NCBI GenBank assembly: GCA_041499475.1
Contig: JBGQKI010000001.1
Coordinates: 67,507-131,506 of the forward strand
Length of the DNA: 64,000 nucleotides
Direction: 5' to 3'
Origin: Thermoplasmata archaeon
GTDB taxonomy: Archaea > Thermoplasmatota > DTKX01 > DATEUP01
Shown piece by piece: positions 56,615-64,000 of the stretch. The notes under the pieces are model-generated. The model did no database searches, was not told the DNA's origin, and was given only the letters and a program-made list of their open reading frames with translations. The position numbers were made by a program, and so were the translations under genes. The stretch's first letter is position 1; every line of letters begins with the position of its first letter.

Positions 56615-58573
56615 ATGCTCGGGGGGGGCTGCTTGGCCTTGACCCTTCAGCGCGACTCCAAGCGCGCGAGCGCCGCGGGCGCCCTTGGCGTGGTGGTCGG
56701 AGGCTCGTTGGGGCTCGTCGATGTTGCCCTCCGTTTCCTTTCGGGCACCGAGGACTCCCTGCGGTTCGAGTGGGGTTTCCCGGGCAACACCTTCTACCTC
56801 GAAGTCGACGCCCTTTCCGCCTTCTTCCTGGTGGTCATCTTTGCGGTGGCGATCGCAAGCGCCGTCTTCGGCGCGCCCTACCTTCGCGGCCACGCCCCCA
56901 ACCGCCCGCTTGGCGCCGTGTGGTTCCACTACAGCGCCCTCGTCGTCTCGATGGCGCTCGTCGTCGTCGCCCGCAACGGGCTCCTCTTCCTGATCGGGTG
57001 GGAATCCATGGCGCTGACCTCGTTCTTCCTCGTCATGTTCGACGGACGGGAAGCGCGCGTTCGCCGGGCCGGCTGGACTTACTTCGTCGCCTCTCACTTC
57101 GGGACCGGCTGCGTCCTCGCCTTTTTCGCGGTGCTTGGTGCCCACGCCGGCTCTCTCGACTTCGACCGGATCGCGGCCGCTCCGCCGCTCACCCCCGCGA
57201 CCTCATCGCTCCTGTTTCTCCTTGCCATCGCGGGGTTCGGCACGAAAGCGGGATTCATTCCGCTCCATGTGTGGCTCCCCGAGGCGCACCCGGCCGCTCC
57301 GGCCCATGTCTCCGCCCTGATGTCGGGCGCGATGATCAAACTTGGAATCTACGGGATCCTGCGCGCGCTCACCTTCCTTGGGGCCGCCCCTGCCTGGTGG
57401 GGGTGGCTGCTCGTTGCCGTCGGGGCGACCTCGGGCGTGCTCGGCGTCCTCTTCGCGCTGGCGCAGCACGACCTCAAGCGATTGCTTGCCTACCACAGCG
57501 TGGAGAACATCGGCATCATCGCCCTGGGCCTCGGGGTGGGGCTGCTCGGGACAACGGCAGGCGATCCCGCGGTCGCGTTCCTCGGGTTCTCCGGCGCGCT
57601 CCTCCACGTCCTCAACCACGCGCTCTTCAAGTCCCTGCTCTTCCTCGGCGCCGGGGCCGTGTCCACCGCCGCCCATGCGCTCGACCTCGAGCACCTCGGC
57701 GGGCTCCTGCGGCGGATGCCGCGCACCGGCGCCTCGTTCTTGGTGGGTTCGGCCGCCATCAGCGGCCTGCCGCCCCTCAACGGCTTTGCAAGCGAGTTCC
57801 TGATTTTCGCCGGGGCGCTTGCCGGGGCCACCACGCTTGGGCCAACCTTTGCCATTCCGCTTGCGGCGTGCGCCGGCGCGCTCGCGCTCATCGGCGGCCT
57901 TGCGGCCGCCTGCTTTGTGAAGGCGTGCGGGGTGGCTTTCCTCGGCGAGCCGAGGACTCCGAACGCGCGGGACGCGCGGGAGGTTGCGCCCCTGATGGCC
58001 GCCCCCCAGGTCGCGCTTGCCGCCCTTTGCGTCGCCCTCGGCGTCGGCGCCCCCCTTGTGGTCCCGCTCCTTTTGCCGGCCGCCGCGCCGGTACTTGGCA
58101 CCACGCTTGCCGGTGCGTCGCAAGCCGCCGGTTTCGCATCGGGCGCGCTGGCATCGATCTCGGTCGCCTTCGCCCTGGTCGTTGGCCTGGCGCTCGCCCT
58201 CATCGTGCTCCGCCGTGGACTTGGAAGGGGGGCCCCCATCCGGACGGGTCCCACTTGGGACTGCGGGTTTGCGGCGCCTTCACCGCGGATGCAGTACACC
58301 GCCTCGTCGTTTGCCGCCCCGCTCACAGGGTACTTCCGGAGTTTGCTGCGCACGCGCGCCGAAGTTGCAGCCCCTTCGGGGCCGTTCCCCGGCCGCGCAT
58401 CACTCGAAACCGAGAGCCCCGACTTCTTCCTTGAAGGCGTGTTCGAGACCGCCATCCTTGGAGCTCGACGCGCGCTCTCGGGGGTGCTGCGCCTCCAAAA
58501 CGGGCGGGTCCAGTTCTACGTCCTCTACCTCGTGGCCACTTTGATCGGGCTGCTAATCTGGAGGCTGATTTGA
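56615..58573 (+). CDS. HyfB/NuoL-like proton-conducting antiporter-type membrane subunit
   Basis: About 15 TM, with GWESMALTSFFLV, FGTKAGFIPLHVWLPEAHPAAPAHVSALMSGAMIKLGIYG and LAYHSVENIGII. The true start is probably upstream (see findings). Confidence 0.88.
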   Translation: MLGGGCLALTLQRDSKRASAAGALGVVVGGSLGLVDVALRFLSGTEDSLRFEWGFPGNTFYLEVDALSAFFLVVIFAVAIASAVFGAPYLRGHAPNRPLGAVWFHYSALVVSMALVVVARNGLLFLIGWESMALTSFFLVMFDGREARVRRAGWTYFVASHFGTGCVLAFFAVLGAHAGSLDFDRIAAAPPLTPATSSLLFLLAIAGFGTKAGFIPLHVWLPEAHPAAPAHVSALMSGAMIKLGIYGILRALTFLGAAPAWWGWLLVAVGATSGVLGVLFALAQHDLKRLLAYHSVENIGIIALGLGVGLLGTTAGDPAVAFLGFSGALLHVLNHALFKSLLFLGAGAVSTAAHALDLEHLGGLLRRMPRTGASFLVGSAAISGLPPLNGFASEFLIFAGALAGATTLGPTFAIPLAACAGALALIGGLAAACFVKACGVAFLGEPRTPNARDAREVAPLMAAPQVALAALCVALGVGAPLVVPLLLPAAAPVLGTTLAGASQAAGFASGALASISVAFALVVGLALALIVLRRGLGRGAPIRTGPTWDCGFAAPSPRMQYTASSFAAPLTGYFRSLLRTRAEVAAPSGPFPGRASLETESPDFFLEGVFETAILGARRALSGVLRLQNGRVQFYVLYLVATLIGLLIWRLI

Positions 58574-58575
58574 GC

Positions 58576-59487
58576 ATGGAGCCCGCCTCCCTGCTGCAGG
58601 CCGGCCTTGCCGCCTCGCTGTCTCCCCTCTTGCTTGGCATCATCAACCGCGTCAAGTCCGTCGTTGCCGGCCGCACCGGGCCACCGCTCGTCCAGCCCTA
58701 CCGCGACCTTGCAAAACTCATGCGAAAGGGCTCGGTGTACAGCGAAACCACCACATGGGTTTTCCGCACGGGCCCCGCCTTTGGGCTCGCCGCGCTCTTC
58801 GGGGCCGTGCTGCTCCTGCCGCTTGGCCCCTCGGCCGCTCCCCTTGGCTTTGCAGGTGACCTGTTCCTGCTTGCCGGCCTCTTCTCGCTCCAGCGATTTT
58901 GCCTCATGCTCTGCGCGCTCGACACCGGATCGAGCTTTGAAGGGATGGGCGCAAGCCGCGAGGCTTTTTTTGCGGCGATCGGCGAGCCGGCGCTCCTCAT
59001 CGGCCTGCTCGTGGCGGCGCGCGGCGCCCTCAGCCTCTCGCTTACCGGGCTGCTCGGGGCGACCACCCTTGCAACCGCGGTGGCTGCCGGCCCCGCCCTG
59101 CTGCTCGTTGCCGTTGCGCTCTTCCTCCTCCTGCTCGCCGAGAACGCGCGCATCCCCGTAGATGACCCGAGCACGCACCTCGAGCTCACGATGATCCACG
59201 AGGTCATGGTGCTCGACAACAGCGGCGTTGACCTCGCGTACATCACGTACGCCTCCGCCCTGAAGCTGTGGGTCTTTGGGGCGCTCGTCGTCGGCCTCCT
59301 GCTGCCGACCGGCGGCCTGCCCATCGAGGCCGTCGTGCCGCTGTTTGTGCTCTCGATGGTCGGGCTTGCCGTCGCCGTGGGCGTCGTGGAATCCACGATG
59401 GCGAGGGTGCGCCTCTCGCGCGTGCCTCGTCTGCTGGTCGGCGCCGGCGGCCTCACCGCGCTCGCGCTCCTGCTCTCTGTATTCTAG
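58576..59487 (+). CDS. HyfC/HycD (NuoH-like) membrane subunit
   Basis: LLLGIINRVKSVVAGRTGPPLVQPYRDLAKLMRKGSV is the HycD/NuoH N-terminal signature. ENARIPVDDPSTHLELTMIHEVMVLD. ATG at 58576 (TTG at 58570 is an alternative), overlapping or abutting the previous stop. Confidence 0.88.
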   Translation: MEPASLLQAGLAASLSPLLLGIINRVKSVVAGRTGPPLVQPYRDLAKLMRKGSVYSETTTWVFRTGPAFGLAALFGAVLLLPLGPSAAPLGFAGDLFLLAGLFSLQRFCLMLCALDTGSSFEGMGASREAFFAAIGEPALLIGLLVAARGALSLSLTGLLGATTLATAVAAGPALLLVAVALFLLLLAENARIPVDDPSTHLELTMIHEVMVLDNSGVDLAYITYASALKLWVFGALVVGLLLPTGGLPIEAVVPLFVLSMVGLAVAVGVVESTMARVRLSRVPRLLVGAGGLTALALLLSVF

Positions 59488-59490
59488 GAG

Positions 59491-60141
59491 GTGCCTCGCT
59501 TGTCCTCGCTTGCCGACTCGGTGCTCGTCCTCGTCGTGCTTTCCAACTTGGCAATGCTCGGCACCAACAACCTTGGCAACTCGATCCGGCTGCTTGCGCT
59601 GCAGGGGTTCGCGATCGGCGCGCTCGTACTCCTGCTCGCCCCCGAGGCCGACCTGCGCACGCTCCTGCTCGCCGCCGGGGTGGCCGGCCTCAAGGGGCTC
59701 GTTTACCCGTGGGCGCTCGTGCGCGTGTTGCGCAAGGTGAAGGTCGTAAGCGAGGACGAGCCCCTGGTGGGCTACTCGGTCACCTTCATCACGGGGATCC
59801 TCGCCCTTGCGGTCGCCTTCATCGTGGCCCCGCGCCTCGCGCCGGTGGGGCCCGCGCCGCCCCCGCTTGCACTCGCCGTCGCGCTTTCCACGATGATCGC
59901 CGGACTCACCCTCACGATCACGCGCCGCACCGCGCTTGCCCAGGTCCTTGGATATGTAGTCCTTGAGAACGGGATCTTCCTCTTCGCGCTCACCCTCGTC
60001 GGCGGCCTACCGCTGCTGCTCGAGCTCGGCGGCCTGCTTGAGGTATTCTTTGCGGTGTTCGTGATGGGCATCGCGGTCGACCGCATCAGCCGGGAGTTTT
60101 CGACGATCGACGTCGACGCGCTCGACCGGCTCCGGGGGTGA
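59491..60141 (+). CDS. HyfE-like membrane subunit
   Basis: 216 aa and about 7 TM, with AQVLGYVVLENGIFLFAL typical of HyfE. AGGAGG precedes the gene; TTG 59500 is an alternative start. Confidence 0.8.
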   Translation: MPRLSSLADSVLVLVVLSNLAMLGTNNLGNSIRLLALQGFAIGALVLLLAPEADLRTLLLAAGVAGLKGLVYPWALVRVLRKVKVVSEDEPLVGYSVTFITGILALAVAFIVAPRLAPVGPAPPPLALAVALSTMIAGLTLTITRRTALAQVLGYVVLENGIFLFALTLVGGLPLLLELGGLLEVFFAVFVMGIAVDRISREFSTIDVDALDRLRG

Positions 60142-60145
60142 AGCG

Positions 60146-61627
60146 ATGGACGGCTCCTTGGAGTTCCTCCTGCTGCTCGGGTTGCCCCTCCTTGGGGCAA
60201 GCGTATCGCTTACGCTCGGCCATCCGCGCAGCGTGCTGGCCTGGAGCGGCGCTTGGGTCGGCGCCTGGGCGCTCGTCGCCTTCGAGGCCGCCTCCAGGGT
60301 TTTCGCCGGGGAGGCGCTCGACGGCGCTTCCGGATGGCTCATGCTCGACGCGCTTTCCGCCTACCACATCTGCGTGATGGCAGTCGTGTTTGTCCTTGCC
60401 ACGGCGTTTGCGTATTTTTACTTCGGGCGCGAGGTCGACGAGGGCAAGCTTTCGCCCCGCATCGCCCGCCGCTTTGGGATGCTCTGGGCCGGCGCCCTGT
60501 TTGCCATGACGCTCGTCCTTTCGTCCAACAACCTCGGCATCATGTGGGTCGGCGTCGAGTTCACCACCCTTTCGACCGCGTTCCTGATCCGCCTCCACGT
60601 TACGCACGAGTCGCTCGAAGCCACGTGGAAGTACCTCGTGATCTGCTCCGTCGGCGTCGCGCTCGCCTTCCTCGGAGTCGTGTTCATTGCGGCCTCGGCC
60701 CGCGCCGTGCTCCCCAACGGCGAGGAGGCGACGATGTGGACGAGCCTCCTGGCGGTTTCCGCCAAGCTCGACCCAGGCCTTGCAAAGGCCGGCTTCTTGT
60801 TTGTCCTTGTCGGCTTCGGTACGAAGGCCGGGCTTGCGCCCATGCACACCTGGCTCCCCGACGCGCACAGCCAGGCGCCGGGTCCTGTGTCGGCGGTGTT
60901 CTCCGGCTCGCTGCTCAACGCGGCGCTCTACTGCATCCTGCGCTACGTGCCTATCGTCGAAGGGGCGACCGGCCGCTCGGGTTTTGCGCTCTCGCTGCTC
61001 ATCGTGTTCGGACTGGGCTCCCTGCTGCTTGCGGCCGCGTTCATGGTTTTCCAGCGGGACATCAAGCGCCTGCTTGCGTATTCGAGCGTCGAGCACATCG
61101 GGATCATCACGCTCGGAATCGGGCTCGGGCCCCTCGGGGCCTTTGCGGCCCTCTTCCACGTGTTGAACCACTCCGTGTCGAAGTCGGTCGCGTTCTTGGC
61201 GGCCGGCCGGCTGAGCGAGGCCTACGGCGGAAGCGAGATCGCGCGCCTGCGCGGGGCCGCGCGCGCTCAACCGCTCTGGGGAGGCGCGCTCGTCGCGAGC
61301 TTGCTTTCGCTTGTCGGGGCCGCCCCCTTTGCCGTGTTCCTCAGCGAGTTCTTGGTGCTGCAGGCCGCGGCCGCGGCAGGCGCCTGGGCGGTGGTCGGCC
61401 TCCTTGTCCTCGGCCTGGGTATCGTGTTCGCAGGCGTCCTCGTGCACCTCGTGGCCATCGGCTGGGGCGAGCCGACCTCGCCGAGCCAAATCACCCGCGC
61501 GGGGCCCTTCGAGGCCGCCACGGTCGTGGTGCCGCTTACCGCCCTTCTAGTCCTCGGCCTTTTCATGCCGGGGGCCCTGCGCGACGCGCTCGAACAGGCG
61601 GTCCGTGTCGTGGGAGGCGGACTCTGA
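60146..61627 (+). CDS. HyfF/HycC (NuoM/N-like) antiporter-type membrane subunit
   Basis: GFGTKAGLAPMHTWLPDAHSQAPGPVSAVFSGSLLNAALY, LAYSSVEHIGIITLGIG; 493 aa. Its stop overlaps the next start (TGATG). Confidence 0.88.
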   Translation: MDGSLEFLLLLGLPLLGASVSLTLGHPRSVLAWSGAWVGAWALVAFEAASRVFAGEALDGASGWLMLDALSAYHICVMAVVFVLATAFAYFYFGREVDEGKLSPRIARRFGMLWAGALFAMTLVLSSNNLGIMWVGVEFTTLSTAFLIRLHVTHESLEATWKYLVICSVGVALAFLGVVFIAASARAVLPNGEEATMWTSLLAVSAKLDPGLAKAGFLFVLVGFGTKAGLAPMHTWLPDAHSQAPGPVSAVFSGSLLNAALYCILRYVPIVEGATGRSGFALSLLIVFGLGSLLLAAAFMVFQRDIKRLLAYSSVEHIGIITLGIGLGPLGAFAALFHVLNHSVSKSVAFLAAGRLSEAYGGSEIARLRGAARAQPLWGGALVASLLSLVGAAPFAVFLSEFLVLQAAAAAGAWAVVGLLVLGLGIVFAGVLVHLVAIGWGEPTSPSQITRAGPFEAATVVVPLTALLVLGLFMPGALRDALEQAVRVVGGGL

Positions 61628-63114
61628 TGTCTTCACAGACAGCGGTTCTTCGTTCCGCATTGCCGCTCGGCAACGGCCAGGCCGCGAGCGTCTCGGAGGT
61701 CCCGACCCTCGACTTCGGCTCGTTCCGGGCGCTCATCGAGTCGGCGGTCGAGGCCGGCGGCCGTGTTGCAGCGCTCTACGCCTCGGCGGGGCAGGGCGGC
61801 GGGCCGATGCTGACCGTGGTGCTCGCGCTCGGCGCCGAAGGGGTGCTTGGCGTTGCCTCGACGCCGGTGGGCGCCACTTTCCCTTCGATGACCGTGGAAA
61901 TCCCGCAGCTGCACCTCTTCGAGCGCGAGATCTACGAGGGAGGCCTCACCGCGCCCGTCGGCCACCCGTGGCTGAAACCCGTCCGGCTCTTGGCGGGCGG
62001 CGGGAAGGCCCCGTTCTACAAAGTCGAGGGGAAGGAAGTCCACGAGGTGGCGGTCGGCCCTGTCCACGCCGGCGTGATCGAGCCGGGCCACTTCCGCTTC
62101 CAGGCCCACGGCGAAGAGGTCCTCCACCTCGAGATTGCCCTCGGCTACCAGCACCGGGGGGTCGAGCGCGCGATGGTGGGCGGCCCCCATGCGCGCAGCG
62201 CGCTCCTTGCCGAAACGCTCGCGGGCGATTCGAGCGTCGCGCACGCGACCGCCTACGCGCGGGCCGTGGAGGCGCTTGCCCACGCCACCAACTCGCCGCG
62301 CGCCCGCGTGCTTCGCGGAGTTGCCCTCGAACTCGAGCGGATGGCCAACCACACGGGCGACCTCGGGGCCCTTGCCGGTGACATCGGCTTCCTTCCGACG
62401 GCCGCGTTCTGTGGACGGGTGCGCGGCGACTTCCTGAACCTCACCTTGGCGCTCACTGGCAGCCGGATGGGCCATGCGTTCGTGGTCCCGGGCGGGGTGC
62501 GCGCCGACGCCGACGCGCCGCTCGTGGAGGCGCTGCGGGCGGGCACGAAGCGGGCGCTTGGCGATGCCCGGCAGGGCGCCGACCTCCTCTGGAGCACCGC
62601 CTCCGTGCGCGGCCGACTTGGCGGGACGGGCACCCTCAGCCGCGAGACCTGCGAGGAGATGGGCATCGTCGGGGTCGCCGCCCGCGCCTCCGGCCTGCCC
62701 CGCGATGTGCGGCGCGAGTTCCCCTGGGGGGTGTTCCTCGACCGCGCGATCGAAGCCCGCCTCTGGCCCACTGGCGACGTGTACGCCCGCGCGCGGGTGC
62801 GCTGGATGGAGGTCGAGCAGTCGGCCGGTTGGGTCGATGGCCTGCTTGCCAAGCTCCCGGAAGGCGTCCTTGAGCACCCGAGGGGACCCCTTGCCCCCGA
62901 TTCCCTTGCGGTCTCGCTCGTCGAGGGTTGGCGCGGCGAGATTTGCCATGTCGCGCGGACGGGCAGGGACGGGCGGTTCGTCGACTACAAAGTCGTTGAC
63001 CCGTCCTTCCACAATTGGACGGGCCTTGCGCTCGCGATGCGCGGTGCGGCGATCTCCGACTTCCCGCTCATCAACAAGAGTTTCAACCTCTCCTATGCGG
63101 GCCACGACCTCTGA
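61627..63114 (+). CDS. HycE/HyfG-like (NuoC+NuoD fused) large subunit lacking all four NiFe-ligand cysteines
   Basis: GPVHAGVIEPGHFRF, LGYQHRGVE and LELERMANH are conserved. The L1 position reads ETLAGDSSVAH (HycE DRVCGICGFAH). The C-terminus reads SFNLSYAGHDL-stop (HycE SLDPCYSCTDR...). The ATG at 61627 was chosen; the upstream part of the 953-aa track ORF was rejected. Confidence 0.88.
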   Translation: MSSQTAVLRSALPLGNGQAASVSEVPTLDFGSFRALIESAVEAGGRVAALYASAGQGGGPMLTVVLALGAEGVLGVASTPVGATFPSMTVEIPQLHLFEREIYEGGLTAPVGHPWLKPVRLLAGGGKAPFYKVEGKEVHEVAVGPVHAGVIEPGHFRFQAHGEEVLHLEIALGYQHRGVERAMVGGPHARSALLAETLAGDSSVAHATAYARAVEALAHATNSPRARVLRGVALELERMANHTGDLGALAGDIGFLPTAAFCGRVRGDFLNLTLALTGSRMGHAFVVPGGVRADADAPLVEALRAGTKRALGDARQGADLLWSTASVRGRLGGTGTLSRETCEEMGIVGVAARASGLPRDVRREFPWGVFLDRAIEARLWPTGDVYARARVRWMEVEQSAGWVDGLLAKLPEGVLEHPRGPLAPDSLAVSLVEGWRGEICHVARTGRDGRFVDYKVVDPSFHNWTGLALAMRGAAISDFPLINKSFNLSYAGHDL

Positions 63115-63123
63115 GGGAAACCC

Positions 63124-63924
63124 ATGATCCGAATCATCGAGGCGCGGCGCCACCAGGGCCACAAAACCACGCCGTTCCCGTACGGCAACCCCGGTCTGCC
63201 CGGCCGGTTCCGGGGCCTGCCGGTCATCCAACCGGGGAAGGTCACGCAAGGGTGCAGCGCTTGCGTCGAGGCCTGCCCCACCGGCGCGCTCACGATGGAG
63301 GCCGGCGCGCTTTCGCTTGACCTAGGCAAGTGCATTTTCTGCGGTGACTGCGCGCGCGCCTGCCGCTCGGGCGCGGTGACCTTGAGCAATGGGTTCCGCC
63401 TCTCGTCGCGCAGCCGCGAGGGGCTCACCTTGAAGGACTCGGAGGTCCCGCGCGTGGAGGCGCTCGACCGGAAGGCCCGCCGCCTCTTCGGGCGCTCGCT
63501 GCGCCTGCGCCAAGTGAGCGCCGGGGGGTGCAACGGCTGTGAAGTGGAACTCGCGGCGCTGCAAAACGTCGTCTTCGACTTCCAGCGGTTCGGGATCCAG
63601 TTCGTCGCTTCGCCGCGCCACGCCGACGGCCTGCTGGTGACCGGCCCCGTAACACGCAACATGGAGCTCGCCCTGCGCAAGACCTACGCCGCCGTCCCCG
63701 AGCCCAAGATCGTCATTGCCGCGGGGGCCTGCGCAATCTCCGGCGGGCCGTTTGCCCTCAACCCCGAAGTGATGGGGGGCGCGGCCGCTGTCGTCCCGGT
63801 CGACCTCTACATCGCTGGCTGCCCGCCCCACCCGATAACGCTGCTCGATGGGCTCCTGCGGCTCCTCGGGCGCATCGAAGGTGGGGATGCGCGCGGCGAA
63901 GGCCCTGCGCCGCCCTCGCCCTAG
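63124..63924 (+). CDS. fusion of ferredoxin-like (HycF/NuoI-type) domain and HycG/NuoB-like small subunit
   Basis: N-terminal CSACVEACP and CIFCGDCARAC. The C-terminal NuoB-like part has GGCNGCEVE, SPRHADGLLVTGPVT, GACAISGG and AGCPPHP. GAGGGAAA SD upstream. Confidence 0.88.
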   Translation: MIRIIEARRHQGHKTTPFPYGNPGLPGRFRGLPVIQPGKVTQGCSACVEACPTGALTMEAGALSLDLGKCIFCGDCARACRSGAVTLSNGFRLSSRSREGLTLKDSEVPRVEALDRKARRLFGRSLRLRQVSAGGCNGCEVELAALQNVVFDFQRFGIQFVASPRHADGLLVTGPVTRNMELALRKTYAAVPEPKIVIAAGACAISGGPFALNPEVMGGAAAVVPVDLYIAGCPPHPITLLDGLLRLLGRIEGGDARGEGPAPPSP

Positions 63925-64000
63925 AACTCGAGCGGCGCTGCGTACTCGCGGAACGACTTGAGGATGACGATGACCTCCTCGTCCTTCAGGCGCAGCCTGG
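63921..64000 (-). CDS. 3' end of an unidentified minus-strand CDS running off the window
   Basis: The reverse strand reads ...RLRLKDEEVIVILKSFREYAAPLEF-TAG. It is open to the window edge with high GC3, but too short to identify. Confidence 0.3.
   Translation of the reverse strand, partial: RLRLKDEEVIVILKSFREYAAPLEF

Noticed and set aside
60253-61626. Upstream 458 codons of the 953-aa ORF that contains the HycE-like gene
   Set aside because: This part overlaps hyfF in another frame and is Arg/Gly/Pro-rich. The HycE-like homology starts at the ATG at 61627, which overlaps the hyfF stop.
61627-63924. Annotating the operon as a formate hydrogenlyase / hydrogenase-4
   Set aside because: The large subunit lacks every NiFe-binding cysteine and the maturation extension, so a hydrogenase call would be wrong despite the gene order.

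Overview
High-GC (roughly two-thirds G+C by eye) archaeal chromosomal segment, densely coding on both strands. Many long ORFs in the six-frame track are antisense or off-frame artefacts of stop-codon scarcity. The housekeeping backbone includes the conserved archaeal ftsZ-secE-spt5-rpl11-rpl1-rplP0-rpl12 block, here with a tandem ftsZ duplication. It also includes sepF, a PUA protein, an Lhr-type helicase + HerA-like ATPase + DUF357, UPF0179, egsA (glycerol-1-phosphate dehydrogenase), grpE-dnaK-dnaJ, the PolD small subunit, tRNA-Gly(GCC) and an Sm-like protein. Further genes are a sugar nucleotidyltransferase, a KaiC-like ATPase + double-wHTH regulator, a radA / arsA(get3)-like / small basic protein operon, an HTH_10 regulator, a cupin, two MenA/UbiA-type prenyltransferases, DUF373, TrmI, an acyl-CoA dehydrogenase and PPC/DUF296. 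Interspersed are large surface proteins with different anchoring modes: C-terminal TM plus basic tail, TM plus cytoplasmic zinc ribbons, class III (type IV pilin-like) signal peptides, and PGF-CTERM. The most notable items are: (1) a paralog of the Spt5/NusG NGN domain fused to a DUF63 polytopic membrane protein; (2) a six-gene Hyf/Hyc-like membrane complex whose large subunit has lost all four NiFe-ligand cysteines (Ehr-type, function unknown) and whose NuoB-like subunit carries a ferredoxin-like N-terminal domain; (3) tandem, about 70% identical ftsZ paralogs, each preceded by a long alternating pyrimidine-purine tract; (4) several genes whose conserved N-termini lie upstream of any canonical start codon. 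I recognised no rRNA, CRISPR array, transposase, integrase or prophage signature. All functional calls come from reading motifs by eye; no searches were run.
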